Assembly: GCA_022703765.1 (NCBI GenBank)
Contig: JAKJHQ010000001.1
Location: forward strand, 81,854 to 145,853
Direction of reading: 5' to 3'
DNA from: Candidatus Wallbacteria bacterium
GTDB taxonomy: Bacteria; Muiribacteriota; UBA9980
Length of the DNA stretch: 64,000 nucleotides
This document shows positions 47,388 to 57,249 of the stretch, piece after piece; position 1 is the stretch's first letter; each line of letters opens with the position of its first letter. Below the pieces are notes generated by a model, which searched no databases, had not been told where the DNA came from, and saw only the letters and a program-made list of their open reading frames with translations. The translations under genes and the position numbers were made by a program.

Positions 47388-47858
47388 TTAGTTTTTAATG
47401 AGGTTGATATTGGCGTTTTTAATTTCTTTGGTAAGCTTAAACTTAAGCTTTTCGAACGACGGCGAGTTTAAAAATGGGCGGTATCTTTTATAATAGCCGT
47501 AAGGCTCCGACGGGGAATTGAAATACCCGCCGCGGTTAAGCTTTTTATCGCCGTTTTTGTCCTCGAAAACATGTATCAGGTATTCGCCGGAAGGCATCAA
47601 AAACCTGTACTGCGCCTTCGATTCCTTGACGTTTTCCGGAAAGACTATGAAACTTTTGGCGGCTATGCCGTTTTTATAATCGCTTTCATTCGAATAAATA
47701 TAGACGTAAGCTTTATGCTCGCCGGTAAGGCCCCTGATAAAGCCGCTGACCATGAACAGGCTGCCGGCGAAAGATTCGCCTGCGGCCGCAAAAAATAAAA
47801 CCAGCGCCGCCATAAACGGAATAAAAAACGCAAAACTCTTTAAAATTGGGGTTTTCAT
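47388..47858 (-). CDS. DUF2141-family secreted protein
   Basis: Signal peptide, then the FEDKNGDKKLNRG motif typical of DUF2141. Confidence 0.5.
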   Translation of the reverse strand: MKTPILKSFAFFIPFMAALVLFFAAAGESFAGSLFMVSGFIRGLTGEHKAYVYIYSNESDYKNGIAAKSFIVFPENVKESKAQYRFLMPSGEYLIHVFEDKNGDKKLNRGGYFNSPSEPYGYYKRYRPFLNSPSFEKLKFKLTKEIKNANINLIKN

Positions 47859-48028
47859 AAAAATTCCTTCATTACAAATTTAATTTTTACTCCCGTTATT
47901 TTACAATTATTTTAAAATATTGTCAAACCCTCGAGGATAATTTAAAAGCCTGCCTCAAATTTTTATTGAACCTTATGCGCTATTTTGTTATAATAAGTCC
48001 AGCCAAATAGATAAAAAGCGGAGAGCCG

Positions 48029-49273
48029 ATGCACAAATCAATAATGGATTTTTTCACTTACTACGGCCTCGAATCGGGGATATCATCCTATCTGAGCGTT
48101 TTCATAATGCTCATAGCGATGTTTTTTTTATGCTGGCTCGCAAACGCCGCCGCTAAAAAAATCATATCCAGGGCGGTATATAAAATAGTCAAAAAAAGCC
48201 GGAACCTCTGGGACGATATGCTGTATGAAAACAAGGTTTTCGGAGAAATATCACATATAGCCCCGGCGCTGGTCATAATGGCTTTTACAGGTTATTTTCC
48301 TTTCTGGCGCGAATTTTTAAATAAATTCGCGATGATTTATTTAACGCTCATCGGCTATATAACCATAGACAGGCTCATCGACTCGGTCGAGTGCATTTAT
48401 AAAACATACGAGGTGGCCAAAGAAAAACCTATCACCAGCTACCTTCAGGTTTTAAAGATATTCTGCGTCATAGTCTGCCTGATAATATCGGTAGGGGTTA
48501 TCGTAGAAAAGTCTCCCTGGACGCTTTTAAGCGGCATAGGAGCCATGACGGCCGTTTTAATGGTGATATTCAAAGACACCATAATGGGCCTTAGCGCCGG
48601 AATACAGCTTTCGGTCAATAAAATGCTGCACATAGGCGACTGGATAGAAATGTCCAAATACGGCGCGGACGGCGAAGTGATCGAAATAACCCTGAACACC
48701 GTTAAAGTGCAAAACTGGGATAAGACCATAATCATGATACCCGTTTACAACCTCATATCCGAGCCTTTTAAAAACTGGCGCGGCATGTACGCCGCGGGCG
48801 GAAGGCGCATCAAGCGTTCAGTCTATATCGACGTATCGAGCATAAAATTCTGCCCGGCCGAAACGCTCCAGGAATACAGGCGTTCGGCTTTTCTGGCCGA
48901 AAGGCTGGAAACCGGTTTTAAGGCTATCGACGAACGCAGGCATTCAGTCGAAGAAAAAGAAAGCAAACCAGAAAATCCCCCGGAGGGCGGCGCGTGCGAG
49001 CTCACCAACGTGGCCGTTTTCAGGGCGTATATAACCGGTTTTCTTAAAAAACACCCGGCAGTAAACGATAAGATGCATATAATGGCGCGCCTCCTTCAGC
49101 CATGCGAACACGGGCTGCCCGTAGAAATATACGCATTCTGCCGGCGCACCGAATGGGAATTTTACGAAGCCATCCAGGCCGAAATAACGGAACATCTGCT
49201 CGCAATCGCGCCGAGTTTCGACCTTAAAATATATCAGAAACCGGCCGGCGCCGATTCCAGAACCATAAAATAA
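48029..49273 (+). CDS. Mechanosensitive ion channel (MscS family)
   Basis: TM helices followed by the MscS beta-domain (GDWIEMSKYGADGEVIEITLNTVKVQNWDKTIIMIPV). Confidence 0.75.
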   Translation: MHKSIMDFFTYYGLESGISSYLSVFIMLIAMFFLCWLANAAAKKIISRAVYKIVKKSRNLWDDMLYENKVFGEISHIAPALVIMAFTGYFPFWREFLNKFAMIYLTLIGYITIDRLIDSVECIYKTYEVAKEKPITSYLQVLKIFCVIVCLIISVGVIVEKSPWTLLSGIGAMTAVLMVIFKDTIMGLSAGIQLSVNKMLHIGDWIEMSKYGADGEVIEITLNTVKVQNWDKTIIMIPVYNLISEPFKNWRGMYAAGGRRIKRSVYIDVSSIKFCPAETLQEYRRSAFLAERLETGFKAIDERRHSVEEKESKPENPPEGGACELTNVAVFRAYITGFLKKHPAVNDKMHIMARLLQPCEHGLPVEIYAFCRRTEWEFYEAIQAEITEHLLAIAPSFDLKIYQKPAGADSRTIK

Positions 49274-49349
49274 AAACCATACGGCCAAGCCGCGCGCCCG
49301 GCCGTCAATAAGCGAAATAATTATATTATCGAAATAATCGGAGAAAATA

Positions 49350-50282
49350 ATGCCTAAAATAGTTATAGCCACCAGAAGAAGCCCTCTCGCGTTGATACAG
49401 GCCGGCCACGTCAAAGGCCTTCTTTCAAAAGCCCATCCCGAAAACGATTACGAACTTCTGGAAATAGTCACCGAAGGCGATAAGATCCTCGATTCCCCCC
49501 TGGCCGATTTCGGCGGCAAAGGCCTTTTCGTAAAAGACATAGAAAAAGCCATAATAGAAAAGCGCGCCGACCTCGCCGTGCATAACGTTAAAGACCTTCC
49601 CGCGGCGCTTCCGCGCGAACTTTATATAAGCGCCGTGCTGAAACGCGAAAATCCTTTTGACGCGCTAATTTCCAGAGAGAAAAAAAGGCTCGTAGAGCTC
49701 GCGAAAGGTTCGAAGATAGGCACATCCAGTTCCAGGCGCAAGGCGCAGCTTTTAAATATCCGGCCCGATCTGGATATAATACAGCTCAGGGGCAACGTGA
49801 ATACGCGCCTGGAAAAACTCGCATCCGGAGCGTTCGACGCCATAATCCTCGCTTTCGCGTCGCTCGAAAGAATGCAGAAGACCGAGCTTTGCTCGCAGCT
49901 GTTAGACGACCGCCTGATGGTCCCCGCCTGCGGCCAGGGCGCGCTGGCGGTGGAATCCAGAAAGGGCGATAAATTAATCTCCTCTCTGGTGGATTGCTTG
50001 AACGACAAAAAAACGTTCCTGGAAATAGAGGCCGAGCGTACCGTTCTGGCCCGTCTTAACGCCGGATGCCACGCGCCGGTCGGCATATACTGCCACACGC
50101 TTTCCGACGGCCGCTTTCATCTAAGCGCATCGATCATAACGCCCGACGGAAAGCGGATCATCAATTCGACGCGCGTCGGCATCAAAAACGTCATAGCCGG
50201 CTTCGAGCTGGCCAACGATCTTCTCGACCAGGGCGGAAAAGAAATACTCGACTCCTTGAGAAAACTTCCGGCAAAACAATAA
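49350..50282 (+). CDS. hemC: Hydroxymethylbilane synthase (porphobilinogen deaminase)
   Basis: IATRRSPLALIQA...GDKILD..LADFGGKGLFVKDIE...ADLAVHNVKDLP and the conserved Cys region (CHAPVG). Confidence 0.9.
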   Translation: MPKIVIATRRSPLALIQAGHVKGLLSKAHPENDYELLEIVTEGDKILDSPLADFGGKGLFVKDIEKAIIEKRADLAVHNVKDLPAALPRELYISAVLKRENPFDALISREKKRLVELAKGSKIGTSSSRRKAQLLNIRPDLDIIQLRGNVNTRLEKLASGAFDAIILAFASLERMQKTELCSQLLDDRLMVPACGQGALAVESRKGDKLISSLVDCLNDKKTFLEIEAERTVLARLNAGCHAPVGIYCHTLSDGRFHLSASIITPDGKRIINSTRVGIKNVIAGFELANDLLDQGGKEILDSLRKLPAKQ

Positions 50283-50283
50283 T

Positions 50284-51588
50284 ATGATAAAAAAAGACAT
50301 ATTGGCGGCAATCAAAAAAACTATCGGCGAGTGCGGCGCGTCATCCGCCGTCGGATCTTTTCTCGATTACGACGGCTGCGGCGAGATATTAAAGTGCGGC
50401 GAATTCCAGATTTCGATAAAAGAAAAACAGGTCTTTATCTGCGGGTTCGGAAAATGCGCCGCAGAAATGGCTTCTGGAGCCTTTAAAAAACTCGGCGAAA
50501 AAATAAAGGCCGGAATTCTTTTGTCTTACGAAAGTTCCAGTATCGGCGGCAAAATATCTATTTTAAAATCCTCGCATCCTCTGCCCGACGAAAACACTCT
50601 CGCCGCTTCGGCCCGGCTGCTCGAATTCGTCAAAGCGGTTCCCGAAAACGGCCTTCTAATTTGCCTAGTCTCCGGAGGCGGCTCTTCTTTTTTTGAAATA
50701 CCGGCGCCGGGCGTGGAGTTTAACGATTTGCTCGCTTTGAACGAATCGCTGATTAAATCTAAAATGCCCATCGCCGAAATAAATATCGTCAGAAAAGCGC
50801 TTTCAGCGGTAAAAGGCGGCCGGCTTCTTAAATATATAAAATCTTCGCTTATAACTCTTGCGGTCAGCGACACCGCCGGATCCGACCCGGCCGACATAGC
50901 TTCCGGCCCCACATGGCCGTGCGTTATAGACAAAACCGCGGCGCTCGGCATATTAAAAAAATATAATATAGACGCTCCGGCTGGCGTAGTTTATCATCTG
51001 CAAAATTCCCCGGCGGATTGCGTAAAATGCTCTATCAATCTCAATTCTAAAAATATTATTTATAAAGTCGTCGCCGACAGCGCCGCATTCATAAAAAATC
51101 TCGCCGGGCGCCTTTCAGAAAAATTCAACGCGCGCGCCTTCGCCGCCGGATTTTTTCTCACCGGCGAAAAAGGCCGCGGCCTTGATTATTTTATGGACTC
51201 CATAGAAAAAATAGCCGTGGAATATCACGAAGATTTTATATTCGTGGCCGGCGGAGAGATACCGGTTTCGGCAGGCCAGGCTTGCGGGCGGGGCGGCCGT
51301 TGCCAGCACTTCGCGCTCGGCGCGATGAAGCGCTTAAAAGAACGCGGATTGAGCCTAAAAAAAATCACGATCGCGGCGGCCGCGACCGACGGAATCGAAG
51401 CTTTTACCGACGCCGCCGGGGCCATATTCGACGAGCGCGATCTTGAAAACGCTGAAACCGAAACCATAACCCGCCATCTTGAATCTGCCTACAGTTACGG
51501 CTTTTTCGAAAAAACCGGCGGCCTTATCAAAACCGGCGCCACCGGCTTAAACGTCAACGACGTTTTTATAGCATATTGCCGGTTTTAA
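50284..51588 (+). CDS. MOFRL-family glycerate 2-kinase-like protein
   Basis: LICLVSGGGSSFFE (the LVSGGGS signature) and a GFGKCAAEMA N-terminal domain. 434 aa. Confidence 0.45.
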   Translation: MIKKDILAAIKKTIGECGASSAVGSFLDYDGCGEILKCGEFQISIKEKQVFICGFGKCAAEMASGAFKKLGEKIKAGILLSYESSSIGGKISILKSSHPLPDENTLAASARLLEFVKAVPENGLLICLVSGGGSSFFEIPAPGVEFNDLLALNESLIKSKMPIAEINIVRKALSAVKGGRLLKYIKSSLITLAVSDTAGSDPADIASGPTWPCVIDKTAALGILKKYNIDAPAGVVYHLQNSPADCVKCSINLNSKNIIYKVVADSAAFIKNLAGRLSEKFNARAFAAGFFLTGEKGRGLDYFMDSIEKIAVEYHEDFIFVAGGEIPVSAGQACGRGGRCQHFALGAMKRLKERGLSLKKITIAAAATDGIEAFTDAAGAIFDERDLENAETETITRHLESAYSYGFFEKTGGLIKTGATGLNVNDVFIAYCRF

Positions 51589-51704
51589 AGATTTAATCGC
51601 TTTTTCGGGTTATGCAAAAGCCGGTTAAACCTGAAACTCTATAATAATTTACAAATTTTATTAAAATTCTTGATTCCTGACAATTTTAGGGGTATAATCA
51701 AGTC

Positions 51705-52361
51705 ATGGATTCGTTCGTCAAAGCTTTTATGCTCGGCCTCAGCCTGAGCCCCGTATGCCTGTTCACGTGCACGCCGCTTGTAGTGCCCTATGTATTGAGC
51801 GGCGGAAACGGTTTTTTAGAGTCGCTTAAAGTAAGCGCCAATTTTTTGCTTGGCCGCTTTGCAGGCTATATGGCGGTCGGCACTTTCGCCTGGTATATCA
51901 GCAAGGCAATATTTAAAAACGCCGTGACCAAAAACGTCATAAGCGGCATTTCTTTTTTCGTCCTGGCCGCATTTTTATTGCATCACGCCCTTATAAAATC
52001 TAAAAATGGCTCCTGCGGCTGCGGAGCCGATGCCGGCGACGCGCCTTCAATTTTGAACGGATACTTTTCTAAAACAGCTCTGGGCCTCGGATTTTTAACC
52101 GCCTTCAATATATGCCCGCCCATTCTAATAGCCGTTTTCGAAGCGGCCAACAGGCACGGCCTTATGAGCGCGTTGTTTTTTTACGTGGCCTTTTTCACGG
52201 GCTCTTCGATTTATTTCATAATCGTTCCCTTCCTCGGCGCCGCCTGCCGCGGAAAGACCGCGGTGAATATCGGCCGCGTTTGCGCTGTCGTGATCGGCGC
52301 GTACTACCTTTACCAGGGCGTTTTCAAGACCGTCGGCGGACTGGCTTTAATGTGGAAATAA
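51705..52361 (+). CDS. DsbD_2/CcdA-like polytopic membrane protein with CxxxC and CGCG motifs
   Basis: LGLSLSPVCLFTCTPLVVPY is a DsbD-like first-TM Cys motif. A second loop carries SCGCGADAGD. There are about six TM helices. Confidence 0.35.
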   Translation: MDSFVKAFMLGLSLSPVCLFTCTPLVVPYVLSGGNGFLESLKVSANFLLGRFAGYMAVGTFAWYISKAIFKNAVTKNVISGISFFVLAAFLLHHALIKSKNGSCGCGADAGDAPSILNGYFSKTALGLGFLTAFNICPPILIAVFEAANRHGLMSALFFYVAFFTGSSIYFIIVPFLGAACRGKTAVNIGRVCAVVIGAYYLYQGVFKTVGGLALMWK

Positions 52362-52371
52362 TAACCGCGGG

Positions 52372-54330
52372 GTGGTTGAAGTGGGATTCGTTATAGGCAT
52401 GGCAGGCCATGTCGATCACGGGAAATCGAGCGTTATAAAAGCCCTCACGGGCATAACCACGGCGCGCTACCGCGAGGAGATAGAGCGCGAAATCACTATC
52501 GATATAGGGTTCGCCCACATACAGATCGAAGGCGTGGGACCGGTGTCTATAATCGACGTTCCCGGCCACGAAGATTTCGTCCACAATATGCTCGCCGGAA
52601 TTTTCGGCGCCCGCCTCGCCCTGCTCGTTATCGCCACAAACGAAGGAATCATGCCGCAAACCGTCGAGCATTTCGATATCCTTACCCACTGCGGCGTTTC
52701 AAAGATCGTCGTAGTCTTAAATAAAGCCGACCTCGCCGCCGGCTACGATATAGAATACCGCAAGATGGAAATCGAAGACTTTTTAAAAGGCACAAAATTC
52801 GAAAATTCGAAAATAATAGAATTCTCGTCGAACACAAAAACCGGAGCCGAAAAATTAATCGCGGCCATCAAAGAGGAAATTACCGCCATCAATCGGCCCG
52901 CCGCCGGCAACGCCGACGAAAGCCTCAAAACCGTTCTTTATCCCGTGGACAGGGTTTTTGAAAAACCCGGGTTCGGCCAGATACTTACGGGCACCATTAT
53001 AGAAGGCCGTTTGAAAATAGACCAAACGGTTTCGATAATGCCGGACGGCGAATGTAAAATACGCGCCATAGAGTCGCATTCCAGAAAACTCTCCGAAATA
53101 GGCGGCAACTCCCGCGCCGCGCTTAATATAACCAGGACGCGCGACGCCGAAATAAAACGCGGCTCTTTTCTCGTTTCTCCCGAAATAGCTTCATTATATA
53201 AAGTCCTTACCGTAAAGCTTACGGCGGTCAAAAATCTCAGGCACCCCGTTAAAAGCGGGACTCGAATTAAATTTTATTTCTATTCGGCCTGCTACGCCGC
53301 CAAACTCAGGCTCCTCGATACCGCCGTTCTCGAAGCCGGAAAAGACTGCTTCGCTCAGATAATTTTGAGCGAGCCCGATTTCGCGCTTATATTCAAGCCT
53401 TTCATAATAAGAACTCATACAGACGAAGAAACCATCGGCGGCGGAATAATTTTAAACTGCTCGACGGAGTTCGTCAAAAATAAAAAGGCCGTTCTTAACG
53501 GCGTTTCGATTTTCTCCCAAAATAAGGGCGAACCCGCTCCGGCTTTTCCAAAACTTCTTTTCAATGACCATATGAGTCGTCTCGGCTATATGGAAGTAGC
53601 GGCCGCCTGCGCCGCTTTTAAAACGCTGAAGGCAAAAATAGCCGATACGGTCACGGCCGAAGCCGGAGACGATAAATACCGCGTAATAAAAGAAAGGTTT
53701 CTGACCGGCGAAAAAGCCTTCGGCCAAACTACCGGCAAAATATTAAACGCGCTCGCCGCGCACTTAAATTCAAATTCTTTAGTTTCGGCTGTTTCAAGGG
53801 CAGAACTGATCGGATTATGCGTCGCTAATCCGAAAGAAGCCGATACGGCCTTTTATTCATACGCGATAGACGCTCTTATTTCCGACGGCAGGCTTAAAAG
53901 CGCCGACGGTTCCATAACCCCCGCGACCCGCGAAAAATCCGACACGGCCGGAGCGCTCGATAAAGACTCCGAAATTATTAAACGCAAAATCCTCAAACTT
54001 TTCGATTCCGAACCGCTTACGCCGAAAACCTTAGACGACGCAAAAGCCGGCGTCGCTAAAAACCAGATCGAACTTTTCAATAAAGTGGTCAAATTTTTAG
54101 AGAGCGAAAAAATAATACGCAAAATATTCGAAAATTATTATATAACCTCTACGCAGTCCGAAAAATATATCGCGGCTATAAAAGAAATCCTCGCTCAAAA
54201 GCCTTCATTCACCGTTATCGATTTCAAGGATAAAACCGCTCTTTCCCGAAAATACGCCGTGGCCATACTCGAATTTTTCGACAGGACCGGCGTTACGGCA
54301 CGAAAAGACAACGACAGACAGTTGAAATAA
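52372..54330 (+). CDS. selB: Selenocysteine-specific translation elongation factor SelB
   Basis: EF-Tu-like G domain (GHVDHGKSS, DVPGHE, NKADL) plus long C-terminal winged-helix SECIS-binding domains. 652 aa. Confidence 0.8.
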   Translation: MVEVGFVIGMAGHVDHGKSSVIKALTGITTARYREEIEREITIDIGFAHIQIEGVGPVSIIDVPGHEDFVHNMLAGIFGARLALLVIATNEGIMPQTVEHFDILTHCGVSKIVVVLNKADLAAGYDIEYRKMEIEDFLKGTKFENSKIIEFSSNTKTGAEKLIAAIKEEITAINRPAAGNADESLKTVLYPVDRVFEKPGFGQILTGTIIEGRLKIDQTVSIMPDGECKIRAIESHSRKLSEIGGNSRAALNITRTRDAEIKRGSFLVSPEIASLYKVLTVKLTAVKNLRHPVKSGTRIKFYFYSACYAAKLRLLDTAVLEAGKDCFAQIILSEPDFALIFKPFIIRTHTDEETIGGGIILNCSTEFVKNKKAVLNGVSIFSQNKGEPAPAFPKLLFNDHMSRLGYMEVAAACAAFKTLKAKIADTVTAEAGDDKYRVIKERFLTGEKAFGQTTGKILNALAAHLNSNSLVSAVSRAELIGLCVANPKEADTAFYSYAIDALISDGRLKSADGSITPATREKSDTAGALDKDSEIIKRKILKLFDSEPLTPKTLDDAKAGVAKNQIELFNKVVKFLESEKIIRKIFENYYITSTQSEKYIAAIKEILAQKPSFTVIDFKDKTALSRKYAVAILEFFDRTGVTARKDNDRQLK

Positions 54331-54391
54331 TCCGGCATGAAACACGGCCATAAAATAATATTTTAAATTTTGAATATACAGGACCAATATA

Positions 54392-55539
54392 ATGAATATT
54401 GAATTAAATAATTTAAAAGAATCTACGGCATTTTTAAATACGCTTATAGATAATATCACCTCCGCCATTTTTATCGTTGACAATAACATGGAAGTGCGCA
54501 GCTTTAACGATTCGTTCAAGGCCCTTTTTAACGCCAGCGAGGCCGAAACGCTCATTAAAAGATGCGGAAACGCCATCGGCTGCTATTACGCCATCACCGA
54601 AAACAAGCAGTGCGGCGACACTTCGTACTGCACCGTATGCTCCCTCAGAAAATCCCTTATTACTGCGCTCACTAAAAAAGTACCGGCCTACCGAGAAAAA
54701 CTTATAAGAGAGTTTTATATCGACGGCGTTAAAACACTCAAGCATCTTAGATACACGACAAAATATATTGACTGGAACGGCTCCACCATGGTGCTTGTTA
54801 TAGTTGACGACATAACCGAAATCGAAACGCAAAAAATTAAATTCGAAGAATTGAACGAACAGAAAAACAAGCTGCTCGGAATGGCCGCGCACGATCTTAG
54901 AAACCCCATAAGCGTCGTCAATATGTACTCAAGAGCTTCATACTCGAAGATTTAAGCGACACGAAAAGCCAGTACGCGGACTTCGTGATGGAAATCAACA
55001 ACGCCAGCAAATTCATGCTCACGCTTCTTTCCGACATACTCGACCTTTCAAAAATCGAGGCCGGAAACCTCGATCTCAAAATAAAAGAACACGACTATAA
55101 AGCGTTTTTAGAACATAATATAAAATTGAACCTGGTCATCGCCGAAAAGAAAAAAATTTCCGTCGGGCTCGAATACGCCGCGGAACTAAAAGTAATAAAA
55201 TTTGATAAATACAAGCTGGAGCAGGTTTTAAATAATCTAATAGGAAACGCTATTAAATATTCTTATCCCGAAACCAGGATCACGGTGAAAGTAAGCTCGC
55301 CGCATGAAGGAAAAATACTCACCGAAATCATAGACGAGGGCCAGGGAATACCCGCGGAAGAACTCGAAAACATATTCGTGGAATTCAACAAATCGAGCGT
55401 GCAGTCTACTGGCGGCGAAAAAAGCACTGGACTCGGCCTCGCCATTTCAAAAAGAATCATCGAAGGTCATAACGGAAAAATATCGGTGACAAGCGAAGTG
55501 AAAAAAGGATCTAATTTTTATTTCGAACTGCCTTTATAA
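54392..55539 (+). pseudogene. Frameshifted sensor histidine kinase (Cys-rich PAS-like sensor + HisKA + HATPase_c)
   Basis: ORF 54392-54955 ends inside the HisKA H-box (MAAHDLRNPISVVNMYSRAS...). A frame-B ORF is open from 54901 and continues ILEDLSDTKSQYADFV... through HATPase_c (GTGLGLAISKRI). One -1 shift near 54940 joins the two frames. Confidence 0.6.
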
Positions 55540-56015
55540 ATAAGCGCGGACGCGTACGCCGCCATGCCTTCGGCGCGCCCGAGATGCCCCATCTTTTCGT
55601 TCGTGGTGGCTTTGACCCCGACGGCGGATTCGTCGATTTGAAGCGCGCGGGAAATATTTTCCTTCATCGCCGAAACGTGAGGAGAAATTTTCGGCTTTTC
55701 AGAAATCAATACCATATCCACGTTGATTATAATATAATTTTTATCGGCAAGAAGCCCTTTCACTTTTTCGAGAAGCTTCATGCTGGATATATTTTTAAAG
55801 TTGTTATCCGTGTTCGGGAAATAATATCCGATATCGAAAAGGCCCGCCGCGCCCAGTAACGCGTCCATCAGCGCGTGTATCATAACGTCGGCGTCGGAAT
55901 GGCCTTCCAGGCCGAAATCGGACGGCACCCTCACGCCGCAAAGCACCAGCGGACGCCCGGCTTTTATTTTATGCGTATCGTAACCTATCCCGGTCCTTAA
56001 ATTCAAAATATTCAT
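55518..56015 (-). CDS. ispF: 2-C-methyl-D-erythritol 2,4-cyclodiphosphate synthase
   Basis: RTGIGYDTHK and GHSDADVMIHAL. Confidence 0.9.
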   Translation of the reverse strand: MNILNLRTGIGYDTHKIKAGRPLVLCGVRVPSDFGLEGHSDADVMIHALMDALLGAAGLFDIGYYFPNTDNNFKNISSMKLLEKVKGLLADKNYIIINVDMVLISEKPKISPHVSAMKENISRALQIDESAVGVKATTNEKMGHLGRAEGMAAYASALIYKGSSK

Positions 56016-56070
56016 CTTGCCTCAAAATCTTTATATATTTAATTACTTAATACCGATTCATTAAATATGC

Positions 56071-57249
56071 TCAGACGCCCTTTCTTCCGGAAGTTTTCGG
56101 GGAAAAAGCCCTCGCACGCGCATCCGCCGCAAGAATATCTTCGAGCGAAGGAGCCGCCACGAATTCCTTTAAATGATTATCCATGGCCTTTTTTATAAAT
56201 TTCGGTATGTCCGTGAATTTTATGCGGCCCGCTAAAAAATCCCGCACTGCCGATTCGTTTGCCGCGTTTAAAACCGCCGGCATCGTCCCGCCCCTGCGCG
56301 CCGCATCGTACGCTAACGCCAGGCATGGAAATTTTTTAACGTCCGGCTCTTCGAAACTCAAACGGCCGGCCTTCACAAAATCGAAAGGCTTTATATAATC
56401 CACAGCAAGCCGTTCAGGATAAGAAAGCGCGTAGCTTATCGGAATGCGCATATCGGGATAACCCATCTGTGCTAATATCGAGCCGTCGTTCATTTCTATC
56501 ATCGAGTGTATTATAGACTGCGGATGCACCACCACGCTTATTTTATCGAGCTCGAGACCGAAAAGCTTCATGGCCTCTATTACCTCGAGCCCTTTATTCA
56601 TAAGCGTCGCCGAATCCACCGTTATTTTCGCGCCCATGCTCCAGTTCGGATGCTTGAGCGCCTGTTCCGGCGTCACTTTTTCAAGCGCGGCCGCGCTGAA
56701 ACCCCTGAAAGGGCCGCCTGAGGCCGTTATTATTACGCGCTTCACCTCCGCGCGCTTCACGCCTTCGAGCAGTTGAAAAATCGCGCTGTGCTCCGAATCT
56801 ATCGGAATTATACGGACCTTCTTGCGCGCGGCTTCGCCCATGACTATATCGCCCGCGCACACTAAAGTTTCTTTGTTCGCCAGGCATACTTTCTTTTTCT
56901 TCTCGATCGCCGCGAGAGTCGGCAGCAAGCCGATTCCGCCCACCACCGAAACCACCACGGCGTCCGCGCCCTTATCCGACGCCGCCGCGATATTGCCTTC
57001 TTCGCCCTCATAAACCCGGACGCTCGATTTCGTTTTTTTTAATTTATGCTCCAGCTCGTCCTTCGCCCCGGGCGAATATACCGATACAAACCGCGGGTTG
57101 AACCTTTTGATCTGCTTTAACAGAAGATCGGTGTTGGAATTGCAGCTTAATCCTAAAACATTATATTCGCCCGGATTATTAGATATCACCTCGAGCGTGG
57201 AAACGCCGATAGAGCCGGTAGAACCTATTATGACAATATTTTTTCCCAC
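56071..57249 (-). CDS. dxr: 1-deoxy-D-xylulose 5-phosphate reductoisomerase
   Basis: NIVIIGSTGSIGVSTL, LANKE and the full-length DXR architecture. 392 aa. Confidence 0.9.
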   Translation of the reverse strand: MGKNIVIIGSTGSIGVSTLEVISNNPGEYNVLGLSCNSNTDLLLKQIKRFNPRFVSVYSPGAKDELEHKLKKTKSSVRVYEGEEGNIAAASDKGADAVVVSVVGGIGLLPTLAAIEKKKKVCLANKETLVCAGDIVMGEAARKKVRIIPIDSEHSAIFQLLEGVKRAEVKRVIITASGGPFRGFSAAALEKVTPEQALKHPNWSMGAKITVDSATLMNKGLEVIEAMKLFGLELDKISVVVHPQSIIHSMIEMNDGSILAQMGYPDMRIPISYALSYPERLAVDYIKPFDFVKAGRLSFEEPDVKKFPCLALAYDAARRGGTMPAVLNAANESAVRDFLAGRIKFTDIPKFIKKAMDNHLKEFVAAPSLEDILAADARARAFSPKTSGRKGV

